Shown here in pieces: positions 16,654 to 26,272 of a DNA stretch of 50,694 nt. The stretch lies in NCBI GenBank assembly GCA_023261445.1, contig JAHFOX010000005.1, forward strand, positions 1-50,694. The letters run 5' to 3'. The first letter of the stretch is position 1. The number at the start of each line of letters is the position of its first letter. This DNA comes from Planctomycetota bacterium (lineage in GTDB: Bacteria; Planctomycetota; Brocadiia; Brocadiales; Brocadiaceae). Below the pieces are notes generated by a model. The model was given only the letters and a program-made list of their open reading frames with translations, did not search any database and was not told the origin of the DNA. The translations under genes were made by a program, and so were the position numbers.

Positions 16654-17094
16654 TCATTTCGTGTGCTCTTTGTTTATAGATTCCTTCTTCACGTTCTGCA
16701 AGAAATAATCCGCCGTATGACCCCCCCCAAACGAATCTTGTTCTAAACCTATTATTTTAGAAGTAAAGTCTAATTCTGAACGACAGTATTCTTTCCATTT
16801 ATCCTGTGCTATTTTAAGTTTATTTTGCTGAGGGGGTTTTAGATTTTTCATTATTAAGCGGTAGTACTTATTCATTTCTTTCTCCCATGAACCAGCAGCT
16901 TCATAGTAACTGCCCGCCATTATTGAGTCACTACCCCCACTACTGTCTAAATGTTCTTGGAGGCGATTGTCTATTGTGTGTATTTGTTTCTCGTCTTCAC
17001 CGTGAGCGTTAAGAATAGTTGTGAAAGAAATAGTTAAACCGGACAGAATTATCACGAACCGTTTTTTCAAATCTTTTTTCAGAAATTCTTCCAT
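16654..17094 (-). CDS. Secreted DUF1311 / LprI-like protein
   Basis: From ATG 17094: MEEFLKKDLKKRFVIILSGLTISFTTILNAHG (signal peptide), then the pattern AQDKWKEYCRSELDF that resembles the DUF1311 Q-x2-W-x4-C signature. The track start 17205 runs into the toxin remnant. Confidence 0.55.
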   Translation of the reverse strand: MEEFLKKDLKKRFVIILSGLTISFTTILNAHGEDEKQIHTIDNRLQEHLDSSGGSDSIMAGSYYEAAGSWEKEMNKYYRLIMKNLKPPQQNKLKIAQDKWKEYCRSELDFTSKIIGLEQDSFGGGHTADYFLQNVKKESINKEHTK

Positions 17095-17097
17095 ATC

Positions 17098-17293
17098 AAT
17101 TTCCTTTCTATCAATATTTGTAAAGTTAAGGACATTAAACTGCTTTGTCAATTTTACCAGTAATTGCCATGATAACAATATCTGAGGAAGCGTTGTTATA
17201 AACATCAGAACTTACAATTACTGCTGGACATTTCTTGGTGGCGGTTTGATTGCTGAATGGAAAGGGGACGAGAACTACGGTAAGGATGCTTGA
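17098..17293 (-). pseudogene. Truncated and frameshifted MazF/PemK-family toxin remnant
   Basis: LTVVLVPFPFSNQTATKKCPAVIVSSDVYNNASSDIVIMAITGKI matches the N-terminal half of PemK/MazF toxins (VLVPFPFSD..K.RPALV.S...YN...D.IV.AITS) but stops after ~50 residues. A C-terminal-like piece (FNVLNFTNIDRKEI) continues in another frame. No intact antitoxin ORF lies upstream. Confidence 0.5.
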
Positions 17294-17515
17294 ATTTCGA
17301 CACTCTTTAAATGAGTTATGGTAAGGTTTTACCTTGTTTCGATATTCCACTTAACTTTTCATCCAGCTTAGGTGTTCAATTTAGCAGGAAACAATTAAAA
17401 AAATTGCAATCATCTTCAGGTTTTGTTTTAATATTTCCCCAAAGAGGGAAAACAATTTCCTATCATCAACTGCCAGTTCACCAAATTCACAAATTTTTCT
17501 GATATCATAAGAAGT

Positions 17516-17689
17516 ATGCCAGCAAAGATACTCGTTTTTCTAGGAATGACAGTCGGGTCAATTATAGGAGGATATCTACCTGCATTATTCGGAGTAAGCT
17601 TACTTTCTTATACATCAATCACCACAAGTACTGTCGGTGGTTTACTTGGAATTTGGGTAGTATTTAAATTAAGCCAGTGGCTTAACTAA
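17516..17689 (+). CDS. Possible 57-aa two-helix membrane protein (below the ORF-track length cutoff)
   Basis: Hand translation: MPAKILVFLGMTVGSIIGGYLPALFGVSLLSYTSITTSTVGGLLGIWVVFKLSQWLN. Two hydrophobic helices with small-xxx-small (GxxxG-like) motifs. Weak RBS. Confidence 0.3.
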   Translation: MPAKILVFLGMTVGSIIGGYLPALFGVSLLSYTSITTSTVGGLLGIWVVFKLSQWLN

Positions 17690-18026
17690 AAATGACTTAA
17701 TCTTAGCAGCCAAAATAAATATTTTGTGTAAATTTAGTGTAGGGCAGAAAAGAGATGCCCTTTCACCCTTATACAATGCAATAGGTCTAAGAGATAATGC
17801 TTCCACCTCGCATTTTGGCTGGAAGCGCAGGCTGGCTGGGAGGCTTTTACATACATTTTTTTGCGAATATTTCGGCAAATTCTTCAGGAAGCACAAATCC
17901 AAAGTATTTCTCAGTGTCTTCGTGCATTAGTGGCTAATTATTTGAAAGTGTTACATCAAAAACTTTGCTAAAAAAACAAGGTTTTATAAATTTATAATAC
18001 AGCATCTGCAGCAGAATTTTAATTAT

Positions 18027-18401
18027 TTATTCCTTGATGAGTGGTTTTATAGTTTGTGAAATAATATACCTGTTGTTGGCAACACAGCGATAGATAGCAT
18101 ACAATAACGGTCTAACTACAGGAACCCTGAATAATACGTATAACCATCTAAAGCCTCTCAATCGTTTAATTATCTCGGGCAACGCCTTCTCGCCAGTTAA
18201 AATCTGATTATCAGAAAGCGCTAATTGAAAGGATTGCAAACAGGTTTCGTCTGTTACTTCGGGGAATCGGCGTCTGCGTTCTTCTGATTGGCATGAAACG
18301 AATTCAAAAACATTCTCCTTTATTGCATGTAATTCAATCCATTTCATACATCCGCGACATAAACTGCACTTATCGTCATAAATAAGAACTACAGTCCTCA
18401 T
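18027..18401 (-). CDS. Thiol-disulfide oxidoreductase DCC family (DUF393) protein
   Basis: N-terminal IYDDKCSLCRGCMKWI (D-C-x2-C signature of DCC proteins). Size about 124 aa. Confidence 0.8.
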   Translation of the reverse strand: MRTVVLIYDDKCSLCRGCMKWIELHAIKENVFEFVSCQSEERRRRFPEVTDETCLQSFQLALSDNQILTGEKALPEIIKRLRGFRWLYVLFRVPVVRPLLYAIYRCVANNRYIISQTIKPLIKE

Positions 18402-18437
18402 TTTTGATACATATTTTAAAACAAACCATCCTAATAT

Positions 18438-18953
18438 TTAACGAATTTCGATTTCACAGAGTTCAATCCCTGATAAATTGGAAATGTCTTTAACGGGACG
18501 ACTGCCATCGTATGTACTTTCCAGAACCGCATTCCCATTATTATAGATTGTAATGGGCACATTATTGATATTTCTTTGAAGAATGAATTTGTAGTGAAAA
18601 TATCTACGATTCCCAGAATTACGTGTATTAACTGACACAATCCTATTTTTGCCGGGTAACAGTTTATCATCTGCATTGCAAAATCCTTCCCTTTTCAACT
18701 TTTCAGCCTTTTTAGTTTCCAAAAATATCAAGGCAACTTCATCGCCTTCCGAGAATTCTGCGAGGTTAAATCCCAATCCCTCCAATCCATCTGCAACAAT
18801 GACCTTTGTTGGTAACTTATGGATGATTTTCTTTGTGTCGTCCCAAGCGTTGGGATCTTTTAGGAAGTAGTCTACGATATTTCCCTGAGCAAAACATAGG
18901 TTGTTTATTAGTAAAATAATAAGTATTATCAGGAAATATTGAGTATATTTCAT
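18438..18953 (-). CDS. Hypothetical secreted protein
   Basis: Signal peptide MKYTQYFLIILIILLINNLCFAQG. No recognisable family. Confidence 0.55.
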   Translation of the reverse strand: MKYTQYFLIILIILLINNLCFAQGNIVDYFLKDPNAWDDTKKIIHKLPTKVIVADGLEGLGFNLAEFSEGDEVALIFLETKKAEKLKREGFCNADDKLLPGKNRIVSVNTRNSGNRRYFHYKFILQRNINNVPITIYNNGNAVLESTYDGSRPVKDISNLSGIELCEIEIR

Positions 18954-19033
18954 TTTCGTTTATAGAATCTTACTGATTCTCAAATTAATCAAGTCTCATT
19001 CAGTGACAACTTTTACCCAGAAGTGCGTATGCT

Positions 19034-19083
19034 GTAACTCAAAGCTTTAGCTTTGATTCGTCAAACCTGAAGGTTTGAGTTAC
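19034..19083. repeat. Nested hairpin element (outer 10-bp stem enclosing two small hairpins)
   Basis: GTAACTCAAA (19034-19043) pairs with TTTGAGTTAC (19074-19083). Inside are CAAAGC-TTTA-GCTTTG and CAAACC-TGAA-GGTTTG. Lies between the nadD stop and the start of the 171-aa gene. Confidence 0.6.
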
Positions 19084-19135
19084 ATCCTTAGAACTCTTTA
19101 TAATAACTTTGAAATTCTATACATAAATTTAACAT

Positions 19136-19780
19136 TTAACCCTTAACATATAAGTCGTTGGCTTTAATATAATCTTCCACACATTGAGGAACTAAATATT
19201 TTACACTTCGCCCACAGCGTAATCTTTCCCTGATTTCAGTTGAGGATATGCCAATAGGTGGAATCGGAACTTTTAGTCTTTCTATCTCCGCTAATTTTTC
19301 CTTTGAAAATAAATTGATTCCATTCAGTCCTCTTTTACCAAAAGGATATTCAGACAGATTCCCGTTAATCGTTACTGGAAAACGATTAACCACTATAAAA
19401 TTACACATCTCGGCAAGTGTGCCAATGTCTTTCCATGTGCTTATCTCGCTTAACATGTCTGTTCCTACAATCAAATACAAATTATCTTTCCCCCCATATA
19501 TTTCCTTGAAACTCCTGATTGTATCAATGGTATATGATTTTCCAGAACGCTTAATTTCCAAATCTGAAACCTCAAAATGTTCATTGTCGCTTATTGCAAT
19601 CTTTACCATATTAAACCTATGAGAAGAATCTATCAAATCACTCGATTCTTTATGAGGCGACACCCCAGTAGGCACAAATATAACCTTTGATAAAGCCCGT
19701 TGCAGAAAAACTTCTTCAGCAACAATCAAATGCCCTACATGAATTGGATTAAACGACCCGCCAAATATACCAATATCCAT
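19136..19780 (-). CDS. nadD: Nicotinate-nucleotide adenylyltransferase
   Basis: GIFGGSFNPIHVGH (HxGH nucleotidyltransferase motif) and ISSTEIR. Start moved to ATG 19780 (MDIGIFGG...); the track start 19819 abuts a palindromic element. Confidence 0.88.
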   Translation of the reverse strand: MDIGIFGGSFNPIHVGHLIVAEEVFLQRALSKVIFVPTGVSPHKESSDLIDSSHRFNMVKIAISDNEHFEVSDLEIKRSGKSYTIDTIRSFKEIYGGKDNLYLIVGTDMLSEISTWKDIGTLAEMCNFIVVNRFPVTINGNLSEYPFGKRGLNGINLFSKEKLAEIERLKVPIPPIGISSTEIRERLRCGRSVKYLVPQCVEDYIKANDLYVKG

Positions 19781-19820
19781 CGAATTTCTAGGTTGTGTGA
19801 AGCATAACACGCCCAACATA

Positions 19821-19853
19821 ATCCCCCTTAGCCACCCTTTAGCAAAGGGGGAT
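19821..19853. repeat. GC-rich palindromic intergenic element
   Basis: ATCCCCCTT (19821-19829) pairs with AAGGGGGAT (19845-19853) around a 15-nt loop. Confidence 0.6.
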
Positions 19854-20073
19854 TTAGTGGAACTTTTGCGTCACTTAACCTACCCTTCTTGACTCCTAAA
19901 TACAGAGTAAAATATCCAGAAAGTGCATTATATAAACGAACCTTGATAAGTCAATAAAAATGGGCTTATTTTTAATTGACTCACCAGAAAACGTGTGTTA
20001 GCATTTGGAAGGCATTAATACTTAACCACGAATTGCTACAAATAAAATTGAATAAAAAATTTGAGGAGCTTTA

Positions 20074-21300
20074 GTGAAGATTGCATATTTTGACTGCTTT
20101 TCGGGTATTAGCGGGGACATGATTCTTGGGGCTTGTGTTGATGCAGGGTTGGATATCAACTTCCTGAGAGAACAATTGTCTCAACTCGACCTTTGTGGAT
20201 ATGAAATATCTGCTGAAAAGGTAAAACGTGCAGGAATAAGCGGCACAAAGGTTCATGTAACAGTTTCCCCAAAAGATAAACATGAACATAAATCAGGCTC
20301 ACACAATCATCACCATGATTCACATCTTAAGCTTTCTGACATACGAACAATTATTGAAAGAAGCAATCTCAATCACGACATAAAGGTTGCCAGTATCAAA
20401 ATTTTCACCAAATTGGCAGAAGCTGAAGCAAAAGTCCACGATACATCAACAGAAAAAGTCCATTTTCACGAAGTCGGCGCAACAGACTCAATAATTGACA
20501 TTGTGGGCTCTGTGATTGCCATTAAGCAACTAGGAATTGAAAAGATATATTTTTCCCCCATTCCCACGGGACACGGATACACGAAGTGCGAACATGGCAC
20601 ATTCCCAGTCCCCGCCCCCGCTACTGCCGAACTCCTTAAGACTCATTTATTAAAATCCATAGACATAGAAAAAGAATTAACAACACCAACTGGCGCAGCA
20701 ATAATTACCACACTGGGAGAGGGCATAAAAACTAACCCAGAAATGAGAGTCCTCGAAATTTGTTACGGCGCAGGCAGTAACGATAATCCTGCCGTACCAA
20801 ATCTATTACGCATACTAATTGGGGAATCAATTCAAAATGTAAAATCCGATGAAATATGGATTGTCGAGACAAATATTGATAATATGTCCAGCGAAATATT
20901 AGGCTATACCATGGATAAATTATTTGAGGCTGGCGCAGTAGACGTCTATTTCACATCAATTCAGATGAAAAAGGGACGGCCTGGAACAATCATTAGCGCT
21001 ATTGTTTCCGAACTTAATCTGGCGTCAGTTGAATCCGTTTTATTTAACCAAACCACCACCTTTGGTATAAGGAAATACAAAGTTATACGTACCGTGCTCA
21101 ATCGTGAATTCAAAGAAGTAGATAGCAGATTTGGTAAAATAAAAGTTAAGATCGGCAGATTTAACGGTGATATTAAAAGCATTTCGCCTGAATATGAGGA
21201 TTGTAAAAAAATAGCAGAGGAAAAAAGCATTCCGCTAAAAGAGGTCTACAACATTATTTCAAAGGATTTAGTAAAGAATTTCAATATTTTGAAACAATAA
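20074..21300 (+). CDS. larC: Nickel-pincer cofactor biosynthesis protein LarC (DUF111 family)
   Basis: IAYFDCFSGISGDMILGA, His-rich loop HEHKSGSHNHHHDSH, HFHEVGATDSIIDIVG. GTG start with GAGGAG upstream. Confidence 0.86.
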   Translation: MKIAYFDCFSGISGDMILGACVDAGLDINFLREQLSQLDLCGYEISAEKVKRAGISGTKVHVTVSPKDKHEHKSGSHNHHHDSHLKLSDIRTIIERSNLNHDIKVASIKIFTKLAEAEAKVHDTSTEKVHFHEVGATDSIIDIVGSVIAIKQLGIEKIYFSPIPTGHGYTKCEHGTFPVPAPATAELLKTHLLKSIDIEKELTTPTGAAIITTLGEGIKTNPEMRVLEICYGAGSNDNPAVPNLLRILIGESIQNVKSDEIWIVETNIDNMSSEILGYTMDKLFEAGAVDVYFTSIQMKKGRPGTIISAIVSELNLASVESVLFNQTTTFGIRKYKVIRTVLNREFKEVDSRFGKIKVKIGRFNGDIKSISPEYEDCKKIAEEKSIPLKEVYNIISKDLVKNFNILKQ

Positions 21301-21584
21301 TCTTGCTGACCAAACAGGACTCTAGCCAACTTTTTACTATCCAGACACTAATTCACAAAGACAAATCCTGATTAAATTTCTTCAGAAGATATTTCCTCAG
21401 CAAAGCCATTCCATTGGTTATCAAGGACGTTGTTTACTGTGAAATCAGTATCTTGTTAAATTTGAGAAAACCAGAGAATTATGAAAATATTTAATGAAAA
21501 ATCATTGTTTTTTTATATAATTCAAAGCTTACAATTTTCCCAAACTAGACGCATGATAACAATTTTAGTTAAGAGAGTACAACC

Positions 21585-23057
21585 ATGAGAAAAGTACCAA
21601 GGACAATGAGTACACAGCATCCCGATAATGTAACTATGCCATTCTTTACTGAGGGTACGTACTTTCTGGGTGAAGATGAAATTAAAGAGGCGTATTATGC
21701 ATTTTCGCATCTACGGTGCGAAGAACAGATGTGGGACTGCGAAGGAAAGGAAGTTGACGAATTTGTTATTAAGAAATTGCTAACCCGATATGATAATTTT
21801 TTCAAAAACCACAGGATAGGCAAGGATGTATTTATTACCTTGCGAGTGCCTAACCCAGTTGTTGAAAAAAGCGAAGCGAAGATACTTCTGGAAACATTGG
21901 AGAGCGCCCCGCGTTCGTATGATACTGCGAGCATGTTTTACGGAAACGATAACATACCGCCTATCTTTGAAGTCATTCTTCCCATGACCACCAACACAGA
22001 GTCAATAAATCGCGTATATTACTACTATCGCGACTTCGTTGTTGGCAAGCAACACAAGAAATGTTTTGAGAATGACATTACTATAAAAGAATGGATTGGC
22101 GAGTTTAAACCTGAAACATTAGAAGTTATCCCGCTGTTTGAGGATATTCCTTACATGCTTTCTGCAGATGCAATGGTACAAAATTATCTAAGAGACAAAC
22201 AATTTTCATATCAAAGGGTATTTTTGGGGCGTTCAGACCCCGCGTTAAATTATGGTATGTTACCGGCTATAATGGTTGTTAAAATTGCTTTACAGAGATT
22301 ACATGCTTTGCAGGAAAAAATCAAGATTCCAATCTACCCTGTTTTAGGATTAGGCTCGAACCTATTTCGCGGCAATCTAACGCCATTAAATGTGACTGAA
22401 TGCCTGAACGAATATCCTAGTGTTCAAACCTTTACTATTCAATCAGCATTTAAATACGATTATGACGAAAGGCTGGTTAGAAAGGCAATTGACAAGATTA
22501 ATAACCACACGAGAACCGTTCCGACAATCATAGATGAGGAAATAGCATTGGATATTACAGAAAGATTGGCATCGGCTTACAGAGAACAAATTAAAGAACT
22601 TGCTCCTTTGATTAATGAGATGGCTCGATTTATTCCTAGACGACGAATGAGAAAACTACATATCGGTCTCTTTGGTTATTCAAGAAATGTGGAAGGAATT
22701 ACACTGCCGCGAGTAATTTCTTTTTGTGCATCATTGTATTCAATTGGATTACCGCCTGAATTACTAGGCTTACACTGCCTGACTGAAAAAGACTTATCAT
22801 TCCTAAAGGCTGCATATCCCTCCTTTTTAGACGATCTCTCATTGGTTACTACTTATTATAACAGGGATGTCGCAAAATTAATACCTCCAAAGATTGCAAA
22901 GAACATCGAAAAAGTGCTGGGTATGGTGAAATATACCGAGAATCTGCTTCACAGCGAATACACATCACAAATCATTCAAGCCATTCTTTCCAAAAAGGAA
23001 GAAACTATTACTGAAAATATGATTGCGGCAGGCAAGATCAGAAGTTTCTTGGGTTAA
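21585..23057 (+). CDS. ppcA: Archaeal-type phosphoenolpyruvate carboxylase
   Basis: N-terminal VPRTMSTQHPDN signature and ~490-aa size typical of the archaeal-type PEPC family; far shorter than the ~900-aa bacterial Ppc. Confidence 0.82.
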   Translation: MRKVPRTMSTQHPDNVTMPFFTEGTYFLGEDEIKEAYYAFSHLRCEEQMWDCEGKEVDEFVIKKLLTRYDNFFKNHRIGKDVFITLRVPNPVVEKSEAKILLETLESAPRSYDTASMFYGNDNIPPIFEVILPMTTNTESINRVYYYYRDFVVGKQHKKCFENDITIKEWIGEFKPETLEVIPLFEDIPYMLSADAMVQNYLRDKQFSYQRVFLGRSDPALNYGMLPAIMVVKIALQRLHALQEKIKIPIYPVLGLGSNLFRGNLTPLNVTECLNEYPSVQTFTIQSAFKYDYDERLVRKAIDKINNHTRTVPTIIDEEIALDITERLASAYREQIKELAPLINEMARFIPRRRMRKLHIGLFGYSRNVEGITLPRVISFCASLYSIGLPPELLGLHCLTEKDLSFLKAAYPSFLDDLSLVTTYYNRDVAKLIPPKIAKNIEKVLGMVKYTENLLHSEYTSQIIQAILSKKEETITENMIAAGKIRSFLG

Positions 23058-23070
23058 TATACTGTCAATA

Positions 23071-24840
23071 TTATGCTGTAATAGAATTTTTGGTGACAAG
23101 CTGTTTTGCGCATGTACATTCGACTGAAAGAACCTGCGACATGCGGCTTTTGTCCCTATATACCGTAATCCCCTTGCAACCATTTTTGTAAGCTAATAAG
23201 AAAACCTTTCTAACATCATCAACTGTAGCCTCTTTGGAAAAGTTAATGGTCTTGGAAACACCACTATCAATATATTTTTGACACGTTGCCTGTATTTTTA
23301 CATGTTGTTCGGGAGAAACATCCCTTGCAGTAATAAATATTCTTTTGACATCTCCTGGAATCCCTTTGATATTTTGTATTGACCCTTCTTTTGAAACTTC
23401 ATCAAGTAGTTTTTCTGAGTAAAAACCGCGTTTTTTTGCAACCTCCACAAAGAGTGGATGTATTTCAGGCAGTCCGTCTTCTATCAAAACATGCCGTTTA
23501 TAAGCAATAGCAAACAAAGGCTCGATTCCACTGGAACAATTTGCGATGATGCTAATAGTCCCAGTCGGTGCGATTGTTGTCCGTGTCGCATTTCTAAATT
23601 TTAAGCCTTCTTTTTGAGCATAAATACTCTTTTGATAGTTTGGAAATACATCTCTTTCTTTTGCAAGTTTTATAGATACCTCGTTTGCCTTTTGTGAGAA
23701 GAAACACATAAGTTTATCGGTAAATTGAATAGCCTCCCCGGAATTGTAAGGAATACCCATTTTGATTAGCAAATCAGCAAACCCCATAATGCCCAGACCT
23801 ATCTTTCGGTTGCCTTTTGTCAAATACTCAATTTGTGGTAATGGATATTTACTTACATCAATAACATTGTCCAGAAACCGTACCGCAAGCTGAATTGCGG
23901 ATTCAAGGCAATCCCAATCCGTTTCAAAGCATTCATTCTTAATCTTTACCATTTTTGCGAGATTAATAGAACCTAACACACACGCCTCAAAAGGTAAAAG
24001 AGGTTGCTCTCCGCAAGGATTTGTTCCCTCAATTTCACCCATGTGCGGAGTAGGATTGGCGGCGTTAATTGTATCAAGGAATAAGATGCCCGGCTCTCCA
24101 TTTTCCCATGCAGAACGCACAATTTGTTCAAAAAGTTCATTTGCGTTTATGGTTTTAACAACAACTCTCGTCCTGGGATTGATTAGCGGGAAACCGCTAT
24201 TCTTATCAACAGCATGCATAAATGCGTTTGTGATTCCGATAGATATATTAAAATTTGTTAATACCCCCTCAGATTTTTTTGCTTGTATGAAATCTACAAT
24301 ATCAGGATGATCTACGCGCAATACAGCCATATTTGCGCCACGCCTGAAACCTCCCTGATTGATAGCCTCTGTGGCTTCATTAAATACCTTCATAAAGGAA
24401 ATGGGACCGCTGGCATAACCACCAGATGTGCTAACTCCATCATTTTTTGGTCTTATGCGTGAAAAAGAAAATCCCGTCCCCCCTCCGCTTTTGTGGATTA
24501 TGGCGGCATGTTTTACCGCATCAAAAATACTTTCAATGGAATCTTCTATAGGAAGCACAAAACATGCAAACAATTGCTGAAAATCCCTGCCTGCGTTCAT
24601 TAACGTAGGAGAGTTTGGCATAAACTGAAGAGATGCCAAAAGATTATAAAATTGTTCTTCAAGAGACGAGACATCAGCCTTTTTGTTGTAAATCAATTCT
24701 GCCGATGCAATGTTTTTGGCTATACGCCGAAACATATCCTCCGGCGATTCGACAGGATGACAAGAAGCATCTTTTTTTAGATACCTCTTTTCAAGAATCA
24801 GCCGGGCGTTTGGTGATAATGAAATAGTATTCTCTCTCAT
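23071..24840 (-). CDS. nrdJ: Class II (adenosylcobalamin-dependent) ribonucleotide reductase
   Basis: [64 protein letters not shown]. Start moved to ATG 24840 ([10 protein letters not shown]...), which removes the overlap with queA. Confidence 0.88.
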   Translation of the reverse strand: MRENTISLSPNARLILEKRYLKKDASCHPVESPEDMFRRIAKNIASAELIYNKKADVSSLEEQFYNLLASLQFMPNSPTLMNAGRDFQQLFACFVLPIEDSIESIFDAVKHAAIIHKSGGGTGFSFSRIRPKNDGVSTSGGYASGPISFMKVFNEATEAINQGGFRRGANMAVLRVDHPDIVDFIQAKKSEGVLTNFNISIGITNAFMHAVDKNSGFPLINPRTRVVVKTINANELFEQIVRSAWENGEPGILFLDTINAANPTPHMGEIEGTNPCGEQPLLPFEACVLGSINLAKMVKIKNECFETDWDCLESAIQLAVRFLDNVIDVSKYPLPQIEYLTKGNRKIGLGIMGFADLLIKMGIPYNSGEAIQFTDKLMCFFSQKANEVSIKLAKERDVFPNYQKSIYAQKEGLKFRNATRTTIAPTGTISIIANCSSGIEPLFAIAYKRHVLIEDGLPEIHPLFVEVAKKRGFYSEKLLDEVSKEGSIQNIKGIPGDVKRIFITARDVSPEQHVKIQATCQKYIDSGVSKTINFSKEATVDDVRKVFLLAYKNGCKGITVYRDKSRMSQVLSVECTCAKQLVTKNSITA

Positions 24841-24923
24841 AGTAATTTTGCCTGTTATAAGACAATAATGGCACAAAAAATTTACAACTGTTTGCTTTGT
24901 TCCTAGTGGTGAAATAATCCCGA

Positions 24924-26003
24924 CTAAATAATCATCATGCAATCACCATAACTAAAAAAGCGATAGCCTTTATCTTTGGCTATTTCATAGGCGTTCATGA
25001 TATTTTCCCGCCCTGCAAAAGCAGATACAAGCATTAACAAGGTTGTTTTAGGAAGATGAAAATTAGTAATTAAAACATCAACATACCTAAAATCGTATGG
25101 AGGATATATAAACAAATCTGTCCAGCCTGAAAATTGAGGGTCGCTTTCATTCATAGCAATCGTCTCCAAGACACGACAGGAAGTGCTTCCCGTTGCAATT
25201 ACACGCCCTTTCTGTTCCTTTGCTTTTTTTACTTTTTGAACAATTTCTTTTGGACATTCGTAATATTCTTTGTGCATGATATGGTCCCGAATGTCCTCTG
25301 TTTTGACAGGCAAAAATGTACCCAAACCAACATGGAGTGTAACAAACTCAATTTCTACTCCTCTTTTTCTGGTCTTTTCGAGGATATTATCAGTAAAGTG
25401 TAACCCGGCTGTGGGGGCGGCAATAGCACCTTCTTTTTTGGCAAACACCGTTTGATAACGCTCTCTATCTGAAGAAAACAGTGCATCTTCATTCCTACTG
25501 CGCTTTATATATGGTGGTAATGGTATTTGCCCGATTTGAGCTAGAATCTCCTTTATATTATTTTTAGTATTAAATTCTACAGACCATGAACCATCTGCAA
25601 ACCTTTCAAGCAGAATCGCAGAAACTGTGTTATTACTGAAATAAAGTTCATCCCCATTATTTAACTTCGCATTTGACTTTACCAGCGCCTTCCAGAGATT
25701 TTTCTCTAATTCTTCTGTAAGAAGCAACTCAACCGATGCGCCACTGATTTTCTTCCCTATCAAGCGGGCAGGAATCACCTTCGTATCGTTTAAAACTAAC
25801 AAATCATCTGGAGAAAGATAATCAACAATCTCTTGAAATTTGCGATGCTCTATCCTTCCCGTATCCCGATGAAGAACTAAAAGCTGTGCATCGTCCCGAT
25901 TTTTCAAGGGCTGCTGGGCAATTAATTCCTTCGGCAGATCATACTCATAGTCTGATAACTTCGTAGTAATCTGGGCTGTTTTTTGACATGTGATAACGTT
26001 CAT
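24924..26003 (-). CDS. queA: S-adenosylmethionine:tRNA ribosyltransferase-isomerase
   Basis: YDLPKELIAQQP, PLPPYIKR, TAGLHFT, FFSYGDCMMI. Confidence 0.92.
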   Translation of the reverse strand: MNVITCQKTAQITTKLSDYEYDLPKELIAQQPLKNRDDAQLLVLHRDTGRIEHRKFQEIVDYLSPDDLLVLNDTKVIPARLIGKKISGASVELLLTEELEKNLWKALVKSNAKLNNGDELYFSNNTVSAILLERFADGSWSVEFNTKNNIKEILAQIGQIPLPPYIKRSRNEDALFSSDRERYQTVFAKKEGAIAAPTAGLHFTDNILEKTRKRGVEIEFVTLHVGLGTFLPVKTEDIRDHIMHKEYYECPKEIVQKVKKAKEQKGRVIATGSTSCRVLETIAMNESDPQFSGWTDLFIYPPYDFRYVDVLITNFHLPKTTLLMLVSAFAGRENIMNAYEIAKDKGYRFFSYGDCMMII

Positions 26004-26207
26004 TTATCTTAAATATGATAGCATTTTAGAAAATATTATCAAGTTTATACAACTCACGAATTTAAGAAAAATTATTTTAAAATATTTTTAAAAAAATTGT
26101 AATGGAAAATAATACTATATGTGGTATCAACAACGCCAACAGATACAACTATTTGGACGTAAAACAAACGCTACTAATTTGTGTTGAAAATGGAGTTAAA
26201 ATATTTC

Positions 26208-26235
26208 TTGACAAATAAATAAAAAAGTTTATTGT
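26208..26235 (+). promoter_or_regulatory. Candidate dcw (mraZ) promoter
   Basis: TTGACA (26208-26213), 16-nt spacer, TATTGT (26230-26235), about 47 nt upstream of the mraZ ATG. Confidence 0.4.
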
Positions 26236-26246
26236 CATAGCCGTTA

Positions 26247-26272
26247 GTGGTGAAAAGTGGTGAAGAGTGGGG
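26247..26272 (+). promoter_or_regulatory. Candidate MraZ operator: three GTGG(T/G)G boxes at 10-bp phasing
   Basis: GTGGTG (26247-26252), GTGGTG (26257-26262), GTGGGG (26267-26272). Pentamers TGGTG/TGGTG/TGGGG separated by 5-nt spacers, matching the TGGGN-N5 direct-repeat architecture described for E. coli MraZ. Located between the -10 and the mraZ start. Confidence 0.55.

Noticed and set aside
17801-17828. Hairpin GCTTCCA-N14-TGGAAGC in the decayed region, considered as a terminator or repeat
   Set aside because: Short 7-bp stem, no U-tract, single occurrence in the window. Insufficient support for any call.
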